Source of the DNA: Phallusia mammillata
Lineage: Eukaryota
Direction of reading: 5' to 3'
Assembly (NCBI GenBank): GCA_965637545.1
Contig: OZ281499.1
Coordinates: 6,076,001-6,140,000, forward strand
Length of the DNA stretch: 64,000 nt
Positions 25,601 through 37,437 of this stretch are shown here, piece after piece. The notes under the pieces were generated by a model, which searched no databases, had not been told where the DNA came from, and was given only the letters and a program-made list of their open reading frames with translations. The position numbers and the translations under genes were made by a program. The first letter of the stretch is position 1, and each line of letters begins with the position of its first letter.

Positions 25601-28600
25601 TCGTTTTCCACCGTGTTCTAATCCATACTGATGACGTTATCTTTTGGTAAGTTACCTTTCGTGAAAGACAATCACGTTCTCAACAGGAGCCGCAACGGTG
25701 AAAATCCAACCAACGGTCGGGTTAGCGGCCAAACGCCAGGGCACAAATCCTTTAATGCCGAACCCTCGATGGGCCAGATCATCTCCTCGTGCTGTTTGTA
25801 TTCACCAACAACTTAAAACGGTGGTTAATCTCGAACGAGCGAACTGGATTACCGTGCTCACTGACCCGTGACCCGCGAAACTGGAGACTGATTGCGACGC
25901 CAATGCCCTACCGATCGCTCTTCGGCAAAACTATAAGGTTTGTGGTGAACCCAACCCAACGGCCATGCAACCATTGTGGCTTGCGACGTTTTTGCGGCGT
26001 GCTGGATTATACAGGATTACAAGGACAGATAAACAAAACCCGACCAAACCACTCGAAGTCCTCGTTCGCCTATAGGTATCTGGCTCTGCTCACTGGCGTG
26101 TTGCGAAAATCAGCTCACCAGGAAATCCAGGATCTCTTGACAAAATCCGGGTCTTACTGGCGGCGGGCGAAAGCGATTTGCAGTGGATTTGTCCAATCCC
26201 TAAATCCGATACTTAGGATTGCTTCGGCACACGATTGGCATTGATTGTAATGTCGAAAGTAAAGTTTTTAGGACCTATAAAACCCAACAGCGTGTTGTGT
26301 TATAATTACAAGTTTTAACAGTTTGAAAATAAAAATAAGGTGTAAAATTACAACTTTTCTGGTAAATTTTCTGACTGTTTGCACTTAATCACTGTGATCT
26401 AAACCCAACGTAAATGTGTGAAACGTGCTCTATGAGTAAATTGAACATGTTTATATAAGAAGTATAGAACCCTGTCCACAAACAAATTTTTTTTATGTCA
26501 GACAAATCAAAAAAATAACTCTTCCGAATTGAAAACAATGGGTTATTTAAAAACCCGCAATTAATGTAAAAATCGTTGGCACAACTCCTTTACAAAGTGC
26601 GTAATTCGACACGCAAAATAAAATCTTAAGTCGGATGTTTTTTGTACCGGGATATTATATAACTTATATTGGTCAGGTTTCCTAGAATCAATTCTTATCC
26701 ATTATTCCCACGCAATACGTCGTTTACAAGTCGTTAAACAAGCTTCCATTTGTGAGCTATGCACGACCTGCGAAGGTCCAAGTTCAAAATTTAGGTCACA
26801 ACGTCATGCTACATCGTAAACCTTAGGCAGTTGTGGTGCCTTTCGAAATAGTGAACACGTTTTACCTTGCTGATAAATGACAGTGTTTTTCAGTGTCAAC
26901 CGCCTGTGCAAACAAAAACGAGAATTTGTTAACTCTTGGTTACCTCAGTTCGATACATTTGAACAACTGTGTCAATGTGGTTCATTTTTTTCAAAATTGC
27001 GGAACTATTTTGGTCCTTAAATGTGTAAGCTAAAAATATTTTGAAAAATAAAAAAGACCTGATTATACACGAAATTAAATTTAAGGTATTAATGCAATGC
27101 CGACAAATTTAGACGCATAAAATTGTTACTCCTATGAAAAACGTCAATTCAAAAGGACTTTTTATAGAAGATTTCATTGCAAATCTGTTGGTGATTACAT
27201 TATGCATTAATGAAAACTTCGAATTTGTTTCTGTTTTTTTTTAACATGTTTGCCAAATCACAACTTCTTCCTAATTGTTTTGTTTTTACAACCCAAATGA
27301 GCTGATTTGTTCGAAACAATATGAAAATTTGATGTGCGGTATCACATCAAACACGCACACATAAAAATATGACAGAATACGTTCGCAAATTTTGTAAACT
27401 TCCTTCATTTCAGACCTTACGGTAGACAACTGTATCAAGCCGAAAACTCGTGAGAACGTACGCATGGCTTTTGATGACGATTTGTTTGTATAGCAGCTTA
27501 CGTTGAATCAGCAAAGTGGTTTCTAGTTTAATCCAACAGAGATTTCACAAACCAACATCACTGATACACTACATGCCACAAATTATGTAAGTTGAATTTC
27601 TAAGTGGGTTATATGTTGATCAGGTACTTTTGTTGTTGAAAATGTTGCCAAATTTTGAAAACGTTTTCAAGGAACTTTACTAACATTTGTGAGTAAAAAG
27701 TATATGAAGAAAAACTAGCTGATGTGTTGGCAAAATTAACAATAAAAAAACTGGTTTGAATACAAAAAAACAGTGTTTTCTATTTAAATAAGATTTGTTG
27801 CGTAGAATTGGATAAGAAATCAAATTCTTATTCATACTTTTCAATCTACGAAAGGACATCAAATTCTTAACATTTTTTTGGAAAAATTTAACAAAAAAAC
27901 ATTACGTGACAATTAAACTATTTCAAATAATCAATATGTCCTTGTTTGGTCATCGCACTGTAAATTTCGAATTCACCACACCTTGACCGCAAACAAATCG
28001 AAAAAAAGTCGCCGAATCGACACTTCCAAACGTTTTCACGATTACATCATCCCTAACAAAACGAAACACAACGACATTCCACTTTTCATCACTCCCACCT
28101 ACACAGCGAAAAGTTGACTCAGACTCTTCAGCTCTCCATCTTCATATCGACGTCACCGCGATATCGTTGCTATGACAACACGGGCCAGGGCCGTCTGATA
28201 AGGAACTCGGGGTGTAGGGGGTTCATCTTGAGGCCATCAGTGCTTGGGGTGGTCTGGTACGATGGATTGCCTTCCTCATTCATTCTTATGTTATCTTATT
28301 TATCATTGACTCGATACGGGAAATGGAATAGGTGCTCCCAGCATACAGTCGATCGTTGGTTTTTAAAAGTTCTGTATAGGTTCTAAATAATTGTGATTTT
28401 TCTTTCTTTAGGACTTTAGAGACGAAAAAATTGATGGTAATAATTGGTAAATTTGTGTTTGCATTTTGCATGGTTTCGGACCAGTTTTAACGCTGGGTAC
28501 AAACAAGGCTAAAATTGTTTAGCAGTGTACATTTTTTTCTGTCCCTAAACAACTAGACCCGCTTTGCTCAAATACTTCGTAAATACGCAATAATGAAAAT

Positions 28601-29802
28601 TTGGTATGGCTTGGGGTAGATAATGGGATGAATACGAGAACACCACAAAAGTTGACAAACGTTTTGGGTAAAAGTTGAATTTATGCTCCATTACTTCGGA
28701 AACCAAAAATCTTTCAACGCTGATAGGCTTGATTTCGACGTATTCGGTGCTTAGCAAAATCACCGAATACAGTCACCCTCAACACTCAATCAGGCGTACA
28801 AGTGTGTTTGGACGTCTCGCCGTCGATTACAAGGCCCCTGGCTCATCAGTCAATCCTCTTACCGACGGCAAAACGACAATAAAAGCAACACAAGGCCCCA
28901 GGCATGACTCAACCCCAGCCAGTCAGTCGCAAGTCACCCAGAATGTCAATTCTCCCAACACACAAACCGCATAAACATAAACTCAACACAGTCATTCTGC
29001 TCTCTCGACGTTCCAGCCCCATTATGACGTCACAGAGTCCATTTGCTGTTGTTTTTTCGCGCTTTGGAAAATTTTGCGCGCTGACTGCACTTTGGTGACC
29101 GATCGATCACTCGAGGCCGGACGCCGAAATCAAACGCGTCCTCTCGCCGTTTGTCGAACGACACTCAAGCTAAAGTGGGTCAAGCGGGCGAAATGGCGCC
29201 ACCCGCTGGTTGATAGGGGACCTGATATATTTGAATATTTTTTTGCCAGGCCAACCAATGTGCATGTATGGAATTTGGTTTGAAGCTAATATTCCAGTCA
29301 TACGACTGTATTTTTGCCTAATCATTAGTATCTGAACACCATGACAAAATTCATTGCATTTTTAGCCTCGCACCCTTTTACGTTTTAAATATGTATAAAA
29401 AAACATTGCAATAAACTTAGAAAACGTTTTTTTATGAATCAACCAATTTCTGTACTTCGCAAGTTTAGTTAGCATTTCATGACTTAACTTGTTCCTAACT
29501 TCGATTTAACAGGCCAAAACCTTGTAGGTAAACACACCGTTGGTATCAAACAATACACTTAACCATACTTCATTCAACTTTTGCAGACAAGCAAGCTGCC
29601 AACCGCGTCTGTTCACACAATAGAATTCTCCGACATACGAAGCACGTGGTCCAAGTTGTCGCTGTGACCTTCAGTTGACCCCACTGCTGGCAGAAATCGA
29701 TCAGACCTTAACAGCAATCAGGACCAAAGCCCGGAGGATCAATCGCTGCTCACCAGTGTTTGAAATGACTTAATTTCCTATGAGGCTGGATTTAATTTCC
29801 AG

Positions 29803-29808
29803 CGCCTG
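29803..29808 (+). CDS. Candidate 6-nt microexon (cgcctg) with downstream Rbfox sites
   Basis: tttaatttccag|cgcctg|gtaagt; TGCATG at 29824-29829 and 29850-29855; frame-preserving. Confidence 0.45.
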
Positions 29809-32020
29809 GTAAGTGATGGTTATTGCATGCAACGAATAATAGTTAATATTGCATGGGTACTGGGTTATGCTTTGTTGCAGAACTGTTCCCAAACCTCATT
29901 GGCAAGTTTTCGCTGCCTTTAAGAAGGGTCTTAGAAATTTGGAAATAATTTAATATTACTTTAAGTTTCTCAAAGGTGATAAATAGCACCGTTTGATTTA
30001 GAAGAAATATAAAAACTCTTAGACAAACATACTTAGTTACAATAGGATCCTTACGTTTTTTTACGTTTTAGAATGTACTCAGCAACATACAAATTTAATG
30101 TTGGTTCTACTGAGTTATCTATTGTAATTAACTCTTCACTCAGTGTACTCGAACGTTCAATTCACAGGCTACAATTCAGCAAAGCATTTAAAGCACCATT
30201 GCGTACGAGTGGTGTCAGTCAAATTGATGTCCACCGCCGTTGGCAATTGACCAACTCAAAACCACTGTCCAGTAGCGTCCACATGTCTAATTACCTTTTA
30301 TTGTGACTTGAAAATCAAGTCCTTAACGCCCAGCTGGTTGATGAGATCAACCGGACCTACCCGACTGTATGTAAAAATAGCGAACGGGTTGTTAAAGATT
30401 TAAAAGTAATCCGTCTTAATCGAGGAGCTTTGTGAAATCCGCCACAAATTGCGATACGCAGCTTTGTCTGTGATAGCGGAGGGCCCTCGACCAGGCAGCC
30501 CAGGCATTCTCTGGCTCTCTTGAATTGACGCCAGGCGCCGAGAGAATCACCGAAATGAATGTGCATAAGTTTAGCATTGGATAGTAGTTTTTTGCTGTTG
30601 TAGGAATAAACTATAGAGGTAAATCTCCCAAGAACTGTTTTAAACTGAAGACAAAAGTTATGCACGAAATTGCTTTTTTTCTTTACAATTTAAATGGCCC
30701 TTTTTCACATGATAAGTTTAATTAGGAAACTGCAATTTGGAATTATGTTCTTTTGTTTTAGGATTTTTACACTTGGAAATTATTATGCATCCCTTTACGG
30801 ATTTTTAAATATTACCCTTCGGAGCCTTTGTGTGTCTTGTGAAAATCTTTCAATAGCTAACATTAACTCCACGTGTTATTATTGTTGTTTCAGTTTTCCA
30901 GTGCTAGACATACGATGTTGGTACGACCATTTACCTCTAGAAAAGAAAGCACATATCACATCAAACTAGTCTTCTATAACCGGTAATGTATGCATATAAC
31001 ATTACACCTTACGTTTACACACTCACAAAAACGTATAGCTTCCCTTGTTACTTGCGTGAAGAAGTGTTTTTAAGAGTTTTGCGCACTCGCAAGTTTCCAA
31101 TACGTAAAAAGTTAGCCAAAAATCCTTAAATGACAAATTCTTGACATTTCCTATTGAACTTTTTATACAACTCGTAAAAAACTGCCCAGTGGCCTGCAAA
31201 ACAATGTCTTTTTCACACCTAAACAGTTTAATCGTCAATACATGATTTAAAAAAATGCAAACTCCTACAAAACGTGCAAGAATGCACAGACAGTGCCTTT
31301 CTTCAAAGCCAGCAAGGGGTCAGTCGATTTGATTGGTCCTAACGACTCCCGCCCGAACCTACAAGCAGCCAATTTAATGCAACCCAAAACCGTAATCAGC
31401 AGAACACATATTTGACCACGAAGCAGCATCAAAGCTATAAGTTCCGGTCAGCAGGCAACACTGAATGGTTCAACGAATCACGTGTCAACGGGGTCAAGGT
31501 TCGGATTGTTTCTTTCACAAATTAGTATGATGGGATAACAGTAAACAATTTGTTAATTTTTTTGTTAATCAAGGTCATACTTGTGCGACATTTGTTAAAA
31601 AAAATTGTTAATTTTTTTTTCAATAAATGCATGTTTAGAGGCAAAATTGTGTTAAACAAATACCGCACAACTATGGCCTTGCGATCAGTCTTGAGTGAAA
31701 TCAAGCACTCATGGTAAGGTGCAACGGTTGCCTGATTAAAAACAACTCCTACACCATTTTTACATAACACTGCAGCACGCCAAATAATCAAGACAAACGT
31801 TGCCGCCCAAATCGGTCAAAGTGTTTTGCTTGGTCAGCAGCCTACTATCTCGGTCTATTCAGAAACACGCCTGTTTCCTGCTACGACCACACGCATGAAT
31901 TTCTCTGCCCCACATAACCCCCTTCTGTACCCTGCCATCATTTATCACTATTACTCCTTTCCAAGCGCACCGACGGCGAAAATTCCATTAAGATTAATTG
32001 CCGTCCAGCTGTTGGTGTCT

Positions 32021-32046
32021 TGACCCCTGACCTGCACCCTTGACCC
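32021..32046 (-). promoter_or_regulatory. Nuclear-receptor DR1 element plus a third half-site
   Basis: + strand TGACCC c TGACCT gcaccct TGACCC; the first two half-sites read AGGTCA g GGGTCA on the minus strand. Confidence 0.45.
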
Positions 32047-35000
32047 CCGCGGCGTCAGGCGATAGCCTTGTGCTCGCCAATGCGAGGTCTGATTGCCAAG
32101 GCCTGGTGCGGATCACGTAGCACTTGAACTAGGACGATAGGGGACCCGTCGATGGACAGTGTAAAGGATCGTTAGCCTTATCGCACTGAGGAACGTTAAA
32201 ACCCAGTCCGTGAGAATGTCCAGTGATACATTGTACAGGTGAAAGTAATACGCTGTGTGGTGCCTCGTTGACTCTTCCCGTAAGCTTCGAGGCGGTCCCG
32301 TCCAAGGGCAAGTGTACCTTCATTGGCCTGTATGTTGAGTGATTTATAGCTTTGTGGCTGTGTTGTAACAACCGCCAGGACCTACCGTGGTTTTGGCTCC
32401 GGCGATTTTTGTCTTGCTGTTTTTACTACGTCATATAAAATGCAAAACTTATAAAAATGTCCATTAAAAAGAAATAGTTAATAGGCCAGAAAACATGCAC
32501 TTTGTTCAAAAACACAAAAACATAGCAGATAAATTGTTTAAACAAAATGCTAAAATAGGAACCATACTTTAGTCTGTGGTAGTTTGGTCACTTTACTACT
32601 GAGAAAATTGTTAAAGGCCAAAATCTCTTTTACACCGTTTTGAACAAGTTTTAATTGGATTCAGCAGGTGAAAATGGTCGTATTACCAACCAGTACGTTT
32701 CGAATAGTTTGACTGAAAGCTATACTATATAGTAATATGAAAAACTTTAAGTTGTTTAAAACAGTGGTTGCTCCCTGTTAATGATGCCGAAATTTGTAGC
32801 GAACAATATAACTTTTACGACCTTCTAAAGATCAAACAACAACCACAAAAAACGTTGCGCCGTTTCAGAAATAAAACAGGAAGTTTTGAACGAAAGATCA
32901 ATATGATTTTAAAGCGCATACCTGTTTTGCAAAAAAAAACTGTAACTTCAAAATAAAACGTTGAAGATGTTGTTTACAGTAATTTAGCATCACACTCAAC
33001 TCTTTGAAAATTCTTATATCTTTAGTGCGTATCTGTACCTCTAATGGGAGAACACTCAATCACGGGAACAACACTGCGGAATGTTCCCAAGCTCCAGCAA
33101 AGTTATCTTTAACAATCGAGACCTTGAATTTGACGCAACACAGACCCTTTGCTTACGCCGCTAATTGAATCTAACGGATGGGGGTTGCACAACTAATGAG
33201 CCCCCCAAGAATCACCACACCCTTTGTGCTAAGTTTCTCTGTTGGCGAGCGTATCAATCACTGTTGTGTGTTTGACGGGCGATTACGAATTACAACACGA
33301 ATTTGTGCCCAGTGCCAGAAGTTTGCACGTTTAGAGGCAAAAGTAGGATAAGGGTACAGTTTTTTTAAGACCCGCTTTTTCATCAATGTTTAGTTGTGAT
33401 TTCGTACCTAGAATTATGAGATCTTTGTCCCTATGTAGTTTTTTTGTGAAAGTGGTAACTTTCATTGGTTTGTGTAAAAGACAGCCCAAGCAGGAAAACT
33501 CAAACAATTGGCCACCTCTTCGTAAACTTAATTCATTACATCAGAAACTTCATAACATACTCTTTTGGTCAGGCTTCACGTGCAAATCAATCCATCAACC
33601 AAAAATTCTCTTTAAATTTTCCCTTTTCCTCAAAACATATGTGGCCCATAGTAACCTTCGGTTTGTTAGGTCAAAATATAGTGTCTAAATTTATTGCTGT
33701 CACGGTGCAATTACTCATAGATTTTATTTGTAGCTTGAAATCCATTTTTTGATCATAACTTTCTCCCGCGATATTTTTCATGTCAAAAAAAGTTTGCTCG
33801 AAGCCCTTCATCTCTGGAACAACCGAGTACAATAGATTGCGACGCGCGTAGACCCGATCGCGAACTAACGTTTTGAGATCTAATCAGCCTTTTATTTTGG
33901 GTGTGCAGCGACATGGCGGCCAATAATCGAACGACCCCTTGTCATTGACAGAGCACCTTCGCCAATATTTCTACCTCAATCCCGGTGGCGCAAATTTACT
34001 TTTACCGGACCTAGTGTGATTGGCAAACAGTGCTTCTGTGTTATCGCCTAGTGTCAACAGGTTGCAGCGAGAGAGACCACTACGGAACGGCGCCAGAGCA
34101 CAATGGCACTAGTGACGTCACAGGGCCATCGTTCTGTCTGGCTGTCATTTGGCAAGTGCCACTGCCCGCCCTGCGAACCCCCTTCTTTCATGCTGACCCC
34201 GCAAAACGAGATCGGAAAACAATACCGGAGCGATAAACCGCTTTTTTATCGATGTTTCCATGCTGTTTTCATTGTCCGAGCCGCAATAAGCGTCGTGTTT
34301 TTGCTCACAGAAGCAAACAACACTGGCCTTATCTATATACTGTGTGCATACAGTAGTGCTGATATATCAAACGGCGGAAATATCGCCTTTTGTGTAAGGA
34401 AAAGTGAATATGGAAGCGATAATTTTCTAACAACAAAAGTGATTGTGCGTTCTGTTCCCGAACTGTCACTCCAGCCCAATGGATTCTCACCATCTTTTAC
34501 ACTTTTGACCCCTTTCTATATTACCAAAACACACTTGACCTAATGTACACTGCAGCATAGTCAAAAGCACGCCATTTTTTCTGGCATCTTTCATCAGTAT
34601 AATGCAAAAAATACATTCCTAGAGTTGCAATAAATTTCCATTGAAATTACTGTTTACTGTTTAAAATTAAATGTAGATCTAGAATAGTTACATTCATTCA
34701 AACAAATAAATTATTAAAAATGTACACTTCGAAAAGAAAACTAGGTATAGTATCTTTCTAAAGTTTTTGTTAGTCGTATTTAACAGTCCTATCTGTTTAC
34801 AAATTGGAGAGTCTACCCAAACAATCATAGTGACCATTAACTGCCACATAGCTGTTATCTACTTTACCCAACTGACTGTTACAAACAAAACATTTTTCCA
34901 TTTTTGCAGTGTACTATTTTGTACCGGCTACAAGTTCAAATATAAAACACAGTTCCATTAAGCACGCATAAACAAATCTAAATCCTATTGCATTTTGCTT

Positions 35001-37018
35001 TTCTGTATGCAGCTGTACGTTATACGTCCCCGTGTCAATCTCCTTACTATTTCTATTGTACGCAGGAATTTCTTACCCTCGGAGAATGACCCCGAAGTCA
35101 GTCATGCGTGAAAGGTCGAAATCAGCTACGTCACCGGTCAAGCATGTTTGATTCCAACGAATCCTGAACAACGCTGTGAAGCAAGCAAAGTCGTGAAATG
35201 CTGCTTTGGGATTGGAAATCTTTGATGCTGGGGGCGTCGACTCTTTGGTGCACGTTTAATCTGGCGGCAAATTTGTAATTCTGTTTTGCATACTGCTCCT
35301 AGACTTTGTAGTTTGATGTGGTCACTTGAAAAGGGTTGGTAATTTCTTAATTGGGTTATAACTCGCAGTAGCATACTTGTGGGTATTCTTGAGGCGTATT
35401 TTTTTCGCCGCTTGTCTTGATTTTATTTGTTTCCATGTAAAACGAAATACATGAATCTTTTGTTGTTTGTTTTCTGGTTTTTGCACGTTTTTGTTATCAT
35501 ATTGATATTCGGCGTAAAATACACGGACAATGGCCTAAACATAGCTAAATTGTCATCAAAGCAAGAATTTACTCAATTTGAACCGAAAGTCATCCCCATT
35601 GAAATATTGCATAAGAAGTGTTTTTGGTATAAAAGTGTAAAATTGGTGCAAACTTTAACCAACCAAGACCAATTTCATTTTTTAGCATGTACATTTTTTT
35701 ACGTTCAAGCATAACAAAACACAGAAAAAGCTCTTCACTTTAGACAACTGTTCATTTCCTGTGTCCAAGCATTCAAGACCGGGCGTGACCGTTTTCAGCT
35801 GCTCGACTAGTTTGTTTGCTGACCATTAGGCGACAAGTACGCCCACGTTAACTCGGTCTCTCAAAAGTGGCGATCCCTTAATCCCTACCCTGACACATAA
35901 CGTTTTCACTCGTCACCGATTTAAGCCTTATCACAGTGGCCGCGGAGCAAATCGTAATCGCAACGAAGCCCAAACTGTTGTTGCAAAGTCTGTTTACGCA
36001 ACGTGCTGACGGCGTACTCTCCCTAGACTAGCCTTTGCCTGAAAAACACCTTTCTTTCAGCATCAGCACATCAACGATGCACTCTACGGAATCTCGTATC
36101 GTGTTCTCGCCATCAAGGCTTTGTCGTTTGTATCAAAATCGGACGCACGGCGATATCAAAGCCACACGGCACTTTTAGACCCCCATGGGTTTGGGGCCCC
36201 AGGCACGTTCGGCAAACAGAAACGGAGCTTGGCTGGAAGCGGGGCGCAACATTCGACCAGGCCACGCTGCCGCCTTGTTATTCGTGCGAAACCACGCGTA
36301 ATGTACAAGAAACCTCAAAACAGAATTCGTGATTTCACACGCATTGGGGGTATGATCGTTCCTCTACGTATTAGTGCATTACCAACTATTTACGGTCCGT
36401 CCTGGTATTGACTAAAAGCATTTATTAGAAAGTGCGACCCTCTGATGTCAAATACTTACGTGCTGCTGACCGGAGGAGTTTTAAATATTGGGCAAGTCTT
36501 TGCTTAGCACCTTAAAATTCCCACGACGCACTGAACCCAATGCACAGTTTAAAACCATATACTTAACGTAGCTACCCACTGTCCGGGCTTCCGAAGTTTA
36601 AAATCTGACTGCAATCACATTATTTTTTAGGTTTTTAATTGCTACACAAATATAGTTTTATTTTTAAATTATAAACTAAGTCAATGCGCTTATCATTAAA
36701 CTTTTGTTGAGCGCATTTTTCACCATAGTTACTACAAAACACTCTGACTAGTGTATTCACACAAGTTAACAAAGACATTTTCCCAGGAGAATTTAATAAT
36801 TTTACATGTATCACACGTAGCATTAGCAAACTTTCATTTTTAAAAAAGGTGTTTTGTTGAAATCGGAAGCAGAAAGATATTACACCTGGCCACTGTTGAC
36901 CCAGAACAATTCTAAAACCCAATTTCAATTCCGAACTAGTTTGAGAAAAGACAAGAATTACCCCAACTCCGTCGAAAACAAACAGTTTTAGACACTTTTG
37001 TTACCCGTTTTACTAGTT

Positions 37019-37437
37019 CAGCGGTTCCCAAACTGGGGTCCGCGGTCCTTTAGGGGTCCGTGAGGCAATTTTGGGGGGACCGCGAAGCGGTTGAAGTAAT
37101 TCTATAATCTTATTTGGCGTCAGTTGGTGCCACTAAATATGTTTAAATCAAAGTAGAATTGAGAATCGACTGTCTCCATTGCTAAACAATGGCCTTTATT
37201 GAATGACAAATATCAAAAATGCAATTGTTCGCGCACAATCGTAATGTTTTTGTCCTGTTTGTGATGTCATATGCTGTCTTTGGATGATTGTTATGCGCAA
37301 TTTTGCATAACTAGCTAAAATCCTGCAATCAACTTTCGTTTTTTGAAATACACATTTAAGCTTAAGGACCGCGAGCCCTCGAAATAATGGCAAAGGGACC
37401 GTTTTGAAAAAAATATGAAAAAGTTTGGGAACCACTG
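37019..37437. mobile_element. hAT-type MITE (419 bp)
   Basis: 16-bp TIRs cagcggttcccaaact / agtttgggaaccactg (1 mismatch); perfect 8-bp TSD tactagtt (37011-37018, 37438-37445). Confidence 0.9.

Noticed and set aside
25628-25670. CTGATGA...GAAA (similar partial cores at 34591, 45529 and 62514)
   Set aside because: No closing stem II pair or cleavage triplet in register.
25789-26244. Long ORFs in the desert and introns (also 1352-1759, 24807-25214, 34103-34543, 40631-41068, 45875-46327)
   Set aside because: No recognisable domain or consistent splice signals; ORFs of this length occur by chance in GC-richer islands.
28801-28860. Minus-strand hammerhead-like string CTGATGA gcc...ggc GAGA C GTC
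   Set aside because: Conserved GAAA reads GAGA, stem II is only 3 bp, the first stem I pair is mismatched, and the family tail is absent.
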